Source of the DNA: Lytechinus pictus
Taxonomy: Eukaryota
Reading direction: 5' to 3'
DNA: 64,000 nt
NCBI RefSeq assembly: GCF_037042905.1
Contig: NC_087251.1
Coordinates: 21,206,001 to 21,270,000, forward strand
The notes under the pieces are model-generated. The model did no database searches. It saw only the letters and a program-made list of their open reading frames with translations, and was not told where the DNA came from. Of this stretch, positions 1 to 9,428 are shown one piece after another. Both the position numbers and the translations under genes were made by a program. Numbering within the stretch: position 1 is the first letter of the stretch; each line of letters opens with the position of its first letter.

Positions 1-1190
1 TGGCAATGCATGATATGCAACGCACAATCTTATTGATCAATATTCAGTAGTGTGTGTCCTCTTTGCATGATCTGACCAATGCAGTCATGCCTTTTATATC
101 GCACACAACTAGACACCTCCCCTGGAAGAAAATTCATGAAGCTATACATGTGATAAAGTATAACCTTACAACCAATCAAGATATGGAAACCCTATAGTGT
201 ATGTCTTGATCACAATTGATAGCTTAAACTGAAACACAAAGACAAATTAATTGATATTTTTGCTTTTAAATGTATTTTCAGGGCAAAGTAGACTTTTGGC
301 ATCTGAGTGGTGATTTCCCCCTGGGTCTTGCAATATCTTCTCATTATCACCCGATGCCCGTCTAGCCTCCTCACATTCTACTGCAAACATTTGTGCCATG
401 TTTTGTTCCTATATTTACATACAGATTCAAACATTATTTAAAGACAAGCAATGAATCAACATAGGGCCAATGGGTTCAAGGATCCAAACAATGTCCTCAA
501 AATGGCAATTGACAATCCAAAACTGTACCCAACATCTTGAAAACATGGTGAGACTCATCTGGCATGCAGGTAGCATCCTGGCTGCGATGGAGGAAATACA
601 AGCCCATGGCTGGGACCCACTAGGCCAAGATACCAACCATGAATATTGGCATTTAAAATAGCCATGAGACTGGGTATAAACAGTAACATGAGCCTGCCTC
701 ACGGCATGTCACTCACTTCAAATCAAGTGAACTAATAACAACGAATAAATGATGCCAAAAAGAAATTGCTTTTCTTTTAGGCTAATTATGTTGGAGCCTT
801 GACACTCACACTGCTTCTCTCGCTGTCAAATCAAATGCTAAAACTTGAAGAGGATCAAGCTGTACAGGAAGCATATCTCCAGGGAATTGTTGAGTTGAAT
901 TATTCAACTTTTTTCAGATTACACATGCAGATAAGTACTTTCCAAACTAACCCATAAAAATTATTACAAAGAATGCTTTTACATATAACTCAACCTTAAA
1001 AAAAATTGATATGATTTCAGCTTATATCATAACCCACTGCCTATTGCAAATGCCATGTTTACAAAGTATAAAAATCATGTTAATGAATAAACAATTCAGT
1101 CGAGTTCAACTCCAATGCAATCCAAGTCCTTAAAGAACCCGTTTGAATGTACAGTAACTTTCCTGGACTGAGAATGGTCAAGCAGTCCTG

Positions 1191-1506
1191 GGAGCGTTTC
1201 ATGAAAGGACTTGTTGGATGTTTTATCCCAAAAGTCCCATTTTATCCGACAGTTACCATAGGAACTGTGACTCTTAGCCAATCAACATCAGGGGAAAGTT
1301 TAATCAACATTTTTTTTGTCCAACAAGTTGTCAGATCTGACAACTTTCCTTGGTTTTGATTGGCTAAGAAGCGCTGTTACTACATGGCAACTGTCGGATA
1401 AATTGGGACTTATCGGAACACATACAACAAGTCCTTTCATGAAACGCTCCTCAGGGAAAGATGTCAGATCTGACTTGTGGATGAAAATGTTGATGAAACG
1501 CTCCCC
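1191..1506. mobile_element. Short MITE (GGAGCGTTTCATGAAA termini) with an inverted same-family copy nested at about 1303-1450
   Basis: One left terminus at 1191 and right-type termini ending at 1450 and about 1505. Related copies at about 52619-52765 and about 36840-36965. Confidence 0.7.
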
Positions 1507-1736
1507 ATGCAGGACACCACTTCTTGTCAGCACCAACAAGTTGTCATTCTTTGACATTTACCATCATACCAGTCAGAGACTAGTACCCTCAGCTAATCAA
1601 AACAAAGAATATCACTGTTATTGTGAGAGCTGACAAGTGACAAGTCAGTGCTGACAGCTTTCAAGAAATGCCTCCATGGAATAATCAAAGCAATCTTCTG
1701 GAGTGACTGGAGTGATCCAGAAAACAACCTTACAGA

Positions 1737-2222
1737 AGGTGGTTTCAGGCCGCCTCGAAGTTCGTCAATTCCAGGTATTTTCAGATTGGGATATTTACCC
1801 CGATCAGGAAATACCAGGTACATGTAATATTGGCAATGTGAAAGCAAATCATACGTAATCTCCCCAAAAGAAAATACCCACTAAAAAAATAGTAGGCACT
1901 TGTCACAATTTACGAGAACTGTCGTGGGGATTTTTCCAAGGTTGCAGGTATTTTGGCAGTGTGAAAGCAATTTACGGGAACTTTTAGCTCAGCGTGTAGT
2001 AGGGTGCGGGCACCGTGAGTGGCCGCTGAGCTAGTGATTTTGAATCTTGCGCCTTGCTTTCTTATCAGACCATACTGCGCATGCTTGTAACTTCAGGAAC
2101 TTATCCTGAAGGCTTTGTTTCGGTGCGGTGTGAATGCAGGAATAATAAATGTGTATTTTTTTAGCGTAAAAAAGTTCTTGTAATTTAACGGGGATTCTTA
2201 TGATCGAGGTGGTGTGAAACCT
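1737..2222 (-). mobile_element. About 480-bp PIF/Harbinger-like MITE, copy A
   Basis: Reverse-complement homolog of 2295-2770, with terminus AGGTGGTTTCA. Confidence 0.8.
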
Positions 2223-2294
2223 AGTGATGGTCTCTTCTGGATCACCTTGCTTCTTAGAGGGGGGGTGTTTCACAAATAATAAAGGCATGACTTA

Positions 2295-2770
2295 AGGCGG
2301 TTTCAAACCGACTCGATCACAAGAATCCCCGTTAAATTACGAGAACATTTTTAGGCTAAAAAATACCCATTAATTATTCCTGCATTCACACCGCCCCGAA
2401 ACATACCCTTCGGAATAAATTCCTGAAGTTAGGAGCATGCGCAGTATGGTCTAATAAGCAGGCAAGGCGCGAGATTCAAAACCACTAGCCCAGCAGCCAC
2501 CCACGGTGCCCGCGCCCAACGACACGCTGGGCTAAAAGTTCCCGTAAATTGCTTTCACATTGCCAAAATACCTGCGACCTTGGAAAAATCCCCGCGAAAG
2601 TTCTCGTAATTTCGCCAAGTACCTACTATTTAGCGGGTATTTTCTTTCGGGGAAATTACGCTTAGTTTGCTTTCACATTACCAAAATACCTGGTATTTTC
2701 TGATCGGGGAAAATTTCCCGATCAAAGAATACCTGGAACTGACGAACTTCGAGGCGGTCTGAAACCACCT
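2295..2770 (+). mobile_element. About 480-bp PIF/Harbinger-like MITE, copy B, nested in a smaller MITE (about 2261-2911)
   Basis: TTA|AGGCGGTTTCAAACCG...CGGTCTGAAACCACCT|TTA gives a 3-bp TTA TSD. The host has GGGTGTTTCACAAATA/TATTTGTGAAACACCC termini and resembles the fragment at 1-120. Confidence 0.85.
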
Positions 2771-3036
2771 TTAGAGTCGCACTGAAATGTCGACGCGTAC
2801 ATGTTACGCAACGCGCAATCTTATGGATCAATACGTAGTAAAGCGCGTCTTCTTGGCATGATCTGACCAATGGGGTCATGCCTTTTATGCAAATATTTGT
2901 GAAACACCCTCCAGGGCCTAGTAACCGAGCTGATTCTTAGGATTGGTCATACAAAATAATCAATGCACTTGCCATAGAAATCAGCCCAATGATCAATTGC
3001 TAAGCTTTATGTTATCAGGCCCAGGTAAGGAGTTAA

Positions 3037-3334
3037 AGGGTACTCCAGGCTGAAGATAATATGATTTAAACAGATTAAAGGAAAAACAAACAAACCAAAC
3101 ACTGAAAATTTAATAAAAATCGGACAAGGAATAACAAAGTTAAGGCATTTTAAAGATTTGCATAATTCTAGTGAACAGTTCTAGGCATGTCTTCATGAAT
3201 ATTCAATGAGCAAACTTAAATTCATTAACTTCTCTATTTGATAGAAGATTTTGATGAAATTTTCATCATTTTGCTCAGTGAATTTTACTCTATTTATTAT
3301 TAAGATATAAATATTTTCAGCCCGGAGTCCACCT
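3037..3334. mobile_element. Kolobok-like non-autonomous element (TTAA TSD)
   Basis: TTAA|AGGGTACTCCAGGCTGAA...TTCAGCCCGGAGTCCACCT|TTAA. Confidence 0.7.
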
Positions 3335-3391
3335 TTAATAGTGAATTAAAACCATACCAAGAGGTACTAACTATTGTGCTTCTCAATAATA

Positions 3392-3794
3392 AGACACCGT
3401 TCTCATTACAAACCTAAAAACTAGTTACTGGAAACCGGTTCACAAAACCAGTTTGCATTGCTAGCGTTCCCATTTGATAACCCAAAAGTGGTTTTCAAAA
3501 CCACTTCACGGAAAGCGACCTTGTTGCTATGGGTACGCTCTCAGCTTCGCACAAAATTTCAAACCGCAGCGTCAAACATCACGGTGCGAAGATTGCTTCC
3601 CGAAGAACGGTTGTGCCCTCACGCTAAAACCAGTTTAATGAATCTTGAAAACTACATCGCAAGGTGGTTTTCTGAAAGGGTTTGGAAGATCGCTTCCAAG
3701 ACCGCTTCGACCGTTCTCATTACACGTTAAATTAGTTTCCACTAAAATAGTTTCCATTAAACTAGTTTTAGGAAGGGTAATGAGAACAGGGTCT
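3392..3794 (+). mobile_element. About 400-bp MITE (AGACACCGTTCTCATTAC TIR), Harbinger-like
   Basis: TIRs at both ends, with an inverted homolog at 52016-52425. Confidence 0.75.
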
Positions 3795-4882
3795 TTGATG
3801 GATGAGAGAGGGGCATGCAGAAAGGAGAAATAGACAGGAGTTAGCCAAGAAGAGACAGAAGAAAATTCTAGCTAGCTCTAAGGAACATGATTGTCACGCT
3901 CTCTAAATGAGTAGTGGCAAATAATATTATTACAACTCCTTGTGTTTTACTAATATAATGTAATTTTCAGTCAACAGAAATGGAGATTGAAATCAATTTG
4001 CATTGGAGAAAATTAAACACATCATTTGCTGTTGAGAGTGTTGGGGTGGCCCTCCCTTTTATATTCAATCTTATGACAAATCACCAATACATAACAAACT
4101 GTGGGAATGGGAATGATCTGATGATAGGCAGCAAATGTATATCTGACATACATGCACATTTGTTTGGAAGTAGAATATTCATACCAAATTAAAAAAAATA
4201 TAGGCATGTTTCGGTCTTGACCAGTGAATACTTTAAGAAAGATCAACTATTCATAGCCATTCTCTTTTTTATTCCTCTCTCCATATGATGGGTTTTTTTT
4301 ACCTGATCTAGAAAATAGTATGGAATAGTCTAAATTTCTAATTACATGAAATTGATGGAGGCAAATGCTGAGAAAGGTGAAGTCTAGATATGACAAGGGT
4401 CATATTTTTTAATGTGGTGTATACCATTCTAAGAACTTATCAGTATTTGCAATCATAATCATAATTACAATCCGCATTTTTTAGAAAATCAATTGCAGTA
4501 ATTTATTTAATTGGTCAACATGATATCTTATTCATTACAACAGTTAAAATCATTCGATAGTGTGCCATGAGCCATTTTTTTGGTCTTAGGTTTCAGAGAT
4601 TCAATTTATTGTTTATGTAATATACACTACTCAAAAAAAGTTAAGGACCACTTTTTAAAACGTACATAAAGATTTTATACAAGGTGTTTTATTTCTGGAA
4701 ATACCTCAGTACAACTGTCCTAAATGTCCTTAAACACGCTGTAATCAATTTCACGCATGGGTGGTTTCAGTTGTTGCACAATGTCTCTCGCATCACTGCA
4801 CATCCTGAAAAGTGGGCCCCGAGGGGTATCAGCTACCGACATGAAGTGGTAAAAACGAATGTCTGAGTGTCTTTCAGGCAGT

Positions 4883-5911
4883 TCAGTAACGAGTGTGACC
4901 ACCTCCTGCAGCAATAACGGCTTCACAGCGCTGTCTCATGGAGCTGATGAGGCGATTGATGTCTCTGACGTCCAGTGCATCCCATGCAGCCTCCAGAGCC
5001 ACACCCAGCTGCAGCAGTCCAAGTGGATGGGCTTCGAGCTGCTCGAGACTCCTCCCCATCATGTCCCAGACGTGCTCTATCGGGTTTAAGTCCGGGGACC
5101 TCGCTGGCCACTCCATACGCTCAATCCCCTGGCCCTCAAGGAACTCGGTCACCACCCTAGCTCGGTGGGCACGGGCATTGTCATCCATGAAAATGATGTT
5201 TTGTCCCACATTTTCTGCAAATGGCACCACTATAGGTTCAAGGACCTCATCCCTGTACCTCACTCCTGTCATTGCTCCCCCTGGGACCACGTAGAGACGA
5301 GTACGGTTGGCGTAGGTGATGCCTCCCCACACCATGACGCTGCCTCCCCCATAACGGTCATGTTCTGCAATACAGGGGTCTGCAAATCTCTCTCCTGGTC
5401 GCCTCCAGACTCTCGAACGTCCATCATTGTGGTCAAGGGAAAATCTGCTCTCATCTGTGAACAGAACTCTACGCCATTGCTGTCTGGTCCATCTGACATG
5501 CTCCCGGGCCCAGTTGAGACGAATTCTTCTGTGAGCAGGGGTGAGTGGGACACACTGAGCTGGCCGTCTGGCATGCATATTGGCTCTGTGAAGTCGGTTA
5601 CGGATTGTTTGAGTGGAAACAATCACTCCAGTTGCTGCAGCGAAGTCATTGTTGAGGCGGCGTGCACTGTGAAAGCGGTTGCGGAGGCTGAGATTCGTCA
5701 AGTAGCGATCATCTCTAGGGGTTGTCGAAACTGGTCGGCCACTGCGGGGTCTCTCGGAGTATAGCCCTGTCTCTCGGTGTCTTTGATTTGCTCTGCTAAT
5801 GACACTGTGTGACACGCCCATCATTCTGGCTACTCTTCGCTGACTGAGGCCAGCTTCCAGCATCCCTAGGGCTCTGGCTACATCTGTTTCACTTAGGTGG
5901 TGTCTTGGCAT
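4883..5911 (-). CDS. Tc1-family DD34E transposase, intact copy 1 (342 aa from ATG 5911)
   Basis: N-terminal HTH, GRP motif, FTDESRF, VMVWGGI, MDDNARAH and SPDLNPIEHVW, with 34 residues between the second D and E. The ORF track start at 5926 is a TTG. Confidence 0.96.
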   Translation of the reverse strand: MPRHHLSETDVARALGMLEAGLSQRRVARMMGVSHSVISRANQRHRETGLYSERPRSGRPVSTTPRDDRYLTNLSLRNRFHSARRLNNDFAAATGVIVSTQTIRNRLHRANMHARRPAQCVPLTPAHRRIRLNWAREHVRWTRQQWRRVLFTDESRFSLDHNDGRSRVWRRPGERFADPCIAEHDRYGGGSVMVWGGITYANRTRLYVVPGGAMTGVRYRDEVLEPIVVPFAENVGQNIIFMDDNARAHRARVVTEFLEGQGIERMEWPARSPDLNPIEHVWDMMGRSLEQLEAHPLGLLQLGVALEAAWDALDVRDINRLISSMRQRCEAVIAAGGGHTRY

Positions 5912-6307
5912 TGCTGTTGTAGGCAAGTTGTTGATTGTACAGACTAAAGACGGAAAATGCTTTGGAAGACACTTGTCTTATGGCCCACTGCAATGATGCC
6001 AGAGACATCATGAAAGAACTGCATGTGTGAAATTGATGTCATTGTGTTTGATGGCATTCTGGACAGCTGTATCTTGGCATTGCTATTGTCAGCAAGTTGT
6101 TGATTGTAGAGACTAAAGACAGAAAATGCTTTGGAAGCCACTTTTGTACGGGCACATTGCAATGATGCAAGAGACATGAAAGAACTGCATGTGTGAAATT
6201 GATTTCATTGTGTTTGATGGCATCCTGGACAGCTGTATCTTGGCATTGCTGTTGTCAGCAATTTGTTGATTGTAGAGACTAAAGACAGAAAATGCATTTG
6301 AATCCAC
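5880..6307 (-). repeat. Same 428-bp loop in inverted orientation
   Basis: Reverse complement of 8004-8431, with CTTGGCATTGCT at 5904, 6073 and 6239. Confidence 0.9.
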
Positions 6308-6725
6308 AGCCAGAGCCCTAGGGATGCTGGAAGCTGGCCTCAGTCAGCGAAGAGTAGCCAGAATGATGGGCGTGTCACACAGTGTCATTAGCAGAGCAAA
6401 TCAAAGACACCGAGAGACAGGGCTATACTCCGAGAGACCCCGCAGTGGCCGACCAGTTTCGACAACCCCTAGAGATGATCGCTACTTGACGAATCTCAGC
6501 CTCCGCAACCGCTTTCACAGTGCACGCCGCCTCAACAATGACTTCGCTGCAGCAACTGGAGTGATTGTTTCCACTCAAACAATCCGTAACCGACTTCACA
6601 GAGCCAATATGCATGCCAGACGGCCAGCTCAGTGTGTCCCACTCACCCCTGCTCACAGAAGAATTCGTCTCAACTGGGCCCGGGAGCATGTCAGATGGAC
6701 CAGACAGCAATGGCGTAGAGTTCTG
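6308..6725 (+). pseudogene. Truncated transposase arm (DNA-binding portion only, broken just before FTDE)
   Basis: Matches 8432-8849. The ORF 6324-6731 (135 aa) runs across the junction into inverted flank sequence and stops. Confidence 0.9.
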
Positions 6726-7006
6726 ACATAAGTTATTTGAACATATTACACTACTCAAAAAAAGTTAAGGACCACTTTTTAAAACGTACATAAAGATTTT
6801 ATACAAGGTGTTTTATTTCTGGAAATACCTCAGTACAACTGTCCTAAATGTCCTTAAACACGCTGTAATCAATTTCACGCATGGGTGGTTTCAGTTGTTG
6901 CACAATGTCTCTCGCATCACTGCACATCCTGAAAAGTGGGCCCCGAGGGGTATCAGCTACCGACATGAAGTGGTAAAAACGAATGTCTGAGTGTCTTTCA
7001 GGCAGT

Positions 7007-7987
7007 TCAGTAACGAGTGTGACCACCTCCTGCAGCAATAACGGCTTCACAGCGCTGTCTCATGGAGCTGATGAGGCGATTGATGTCTCTGACGTCCAGT
7101 GCATCCCATGCAGCCTCCAGAGCCACACCCAGCTGCTGCAGTCCAAGTGGATGGGCTTCGAGCTGCTCGAGACTCCTCCCCATCATGTCACAGACGTGCT
7201 CTATCGGGTTTAAGTCCGGGGACCTCGCTGGCCACTCCATACGCTCAATCCCCTGGCCCTCAAGGAACTCGGTCACCACCCTAGCTCGGTGGGCACGGGC
7301 ATTGTCATCCATGAAAATGATGTTTTGTCCCACATTTTCTGCAAATGGCACCACTATAGGTTCAAGGACCTCATCCCTGTACCTCACTCCTGTCATTGCT
7401 CCCCCTGGGACCACGTAGAGACGAGTACGGTTGGCGTAGGTGATGCCTCCCCACACCATGACGCTGCCTCCCCCATAACGGTCATGTTCTGCAATACAGG
7501 GGTCTGCAAATCTCTCTCCTGGTCGCCTCCAGACTCTCGAACGTCCATCATTGTGGTCAAGGGAAAATCTGCTCTCATCTGTGAACAGAACTCTACGCCA
7601 TTGCTGTCTGGTCCATCTGACATGCTCCCGGGCCCAGTTGAGACGAATTCTTCTGTGAGCAGGGGTGAGTGGGACACACTGAGCTGGCCGTCTGGCATGC
7701 ATATTGGCTCTGTGAAGTCGGTTACGGATTGTTTGAGTGGAAACAATCACTCCAGTTGCTGCAGCGAAGTCATTGTTGAGGCGGCGTGCACTGTGAAAGC
7801 GGTTGCGGAGGCTGAGATTCGTCAAGTAGCGATCATCTCTAGGGGTTGTCGAAACTGGTCGGCCACTGCGGGGTCTCTCGGAGTATAGCCCTGTCTCTCG
7901 GTGTCTTTGATTTGCTCTGCTAATGACACTGTGTGACACGCCCATCATTCTGGCTACTCTTCGCTGACTGAGGCCAGCTTCCAGCAT
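7007..7987 (-). CDS. Tc1 DD34E transposase copy 2, lacking its natural start (326 aa from an internal Met)
   Basis: The arm ends at 8003, so the first codons (MPRHHLSETD) are missing. Carries the HVC and LQQL variants. Confidence 0.85.
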   Translation of the reverse strand: MLEAGLSQRRVARMMGVSHSVISRANQRHRETGLYSERPRSGRPVSTTPRDDRYLTNLSLRNRFHSARRLNNDFAAATGVIVSTQTIRNRLHRANMHARRPAQCVPLTPAHRRIRLNWAREHVRWTRQQWRRVLFTDESRFSLDHNDGRSRVWRRPGERFADPCIAEHDRYGGGSVMVWGGITYANRTRLYVVPGGAMTGVRYRDEVLEPIVVPFAENVGQNIIFMDDNARAHRARVVTEFLEGQGIERMEWPARSPDLNPIEHVCDMMGRSLEQLEAHPLGLQQLGVALEAAWDALDVRDINRLISSMRQRCEAVIAAGGGHTRY

Positions 7988-8003
7988 CCCTAGGGCTCTG
8001 GCT

Positions 8004-8431
8004 GTGGATTCAAATGCATTTTCTGTCTTTAGTCTCTACAATCAACAAATTGCTGACAACAGCAATGCCAAGATACAGCTGTCCAGGATGCCATCAAACA
8101 CAATGAAATCAATTTCACACATGCAGTTCTTTCATGTCTCTTGCATCATTGCAATGTGCCCGTACAAAAGTGGCTTCCAAAGCATTTTCTGTCTTTAGTC
8201 TCTACAATCAACAACTTGCTGACAATAGCAATGCCAAGATACAGCTGTCCAGAATGCCATCAAACACAATGACATCAATTTCACACATGCAGTTCTTTCA
8301 TGATGTCTCTGGCATCATTGCAGTGGGCCATAAGACAAGTGTCTTCCAAAGCATTTTCCGTCTTTAGTCTGTACAATCAACAACTTGCCTACAACAGCAA
8401 TGCCAAGACACCACCTAAGTGAAACAGATGT
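8004..8431 (+). repeat. 428-bp loop: about 2.4 tandem copies of a 166-169 bp unit plus the transposase start
   Basis: AGCAATGCCAAGA recurs with its ATG at 8065, 8231 and 8400. Confidence 0.9.
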
Positions 8432-9428
8432 AGCCAGAGCCCTAGGGATGCTGGAAGCTGGCCTCAGTCAGCGAAGAGTAGCCAGAATGATGGGCGTGTC
8501 ACACAGTGTCATTAGCAGAGCAAATCAAAGACACCGAGAGACAGGGCTATACTCCGAGAGACCCCGCAGTGGCCGACCAGTTTCGACAACCCCTAGAGAT
8601 GATCGCTACTTGACGAATCTCAGCCTCCGCAACCGCTTTCACAGTGCACGCCGCCTCAACAATGACTTCGCTGCAGCAACTGGAGTGATTGTTTCCACTC
8701 AAACAATCCGTAACCGACTTCACAGAGCCAATATGCATGCCAGACGGCCAGCTCAGTGTGTCCCACTCACCCCTGCTCACAGAAGAATTCGTCTCAACTG
8801 GGCCCGGGAGCATGTCAGATGGACCAGACAGCAATGGCGTAGAGTTCTGTTCACAGATGAGAGCAGATTTTCCCTTGACCACAATGATGGACGTTCGAGA
8901 GTCTGGAGGCGACCAGGAGAGAGATTTGCAGACCCCTGTATTGCAGAACATGACCGTTATGGGGGAGGCAGCGTCATGGTGTGGGGAGGCATCACCTACG
9001 CCAACCGTACTCGTCTCTACGTGGTCCCAGGGGGAGCAATGACAGGAGTGAGGTACAGGGATGAGGTCCTTGAACCTATAGTGGTGCCATTTGCAGAAAA
9101 TGTGGGACAAAACATCATTTTCATGGATGACAATGCCCGTGCCCACCGAGCTAGGGTGGTGACCGAGTTCCTTGAGGGCCAGGGGATTGAGCGTATGGAG
9201 TGGCCAGCGAGGTCCCCGGACTTAAACCCGATAGAGCACGTCTGTGACATGATGGGGAGGAGTCTCGAGCAGCTCGAAGCCCATCCACTTGGACTGCAGC
9301 AGCTGGGTGTGGCTCTGGAGGCTGCATGGGATGCACTGGACGTCAGAGACATCAATCGCCTCATCAGCTCCATGAGACAGCGCTGTGAAGCCGTTATTGC
9401 TGCAGGAGGTGGTCACACTCGTTACTGA
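8400..9428 (+). CDS. Tc1 DD34E transposase copy 3, full length (342 aa), W-to-C in NPIEHVW
   Basis: Open frame from ATG 8400 with the same motifs as copy 1. Reads HVCDMM instead of HVWDMM. Confidence 0.95.
   Translation: MPRHHLSETDVARALGMLEAGLSQRRVARMMGVSHSVISRANQRHRETGLYSERPRSGRPVSTTPRDDRYLTNLSLRNRFHSARRLNNDFAAATGVIVSTQTIRNRLHRANMHARRPAQCVPLTPAHRRIRLNWAREHVRWTRQQWRRVLFTDESRFSLDHNDGRSRVWRRPGERFADPCIAEHDRYGGGSVMVWGGITYANRTRLYVVPGGAMTGVRYRDEVLEPIVVPFAENVGQNIIFMDDNARAHRARVVTEFLEGQGIERMEWPARSPDLNPIEHVCDMMGRSLEQLEAHPLGLQQLGVALEAAWDALDVRDINRLISSMRQRCEAVIAAGGGHTRY

Noticed and set aside
246..702. Downstream NDUFAF5 exons in minus-strand ORFs near the window start
   Set aside because: The translations lack the expected YP-x-M-x-ELM or GMGE motifs, so the next exon probably lies outside the window.
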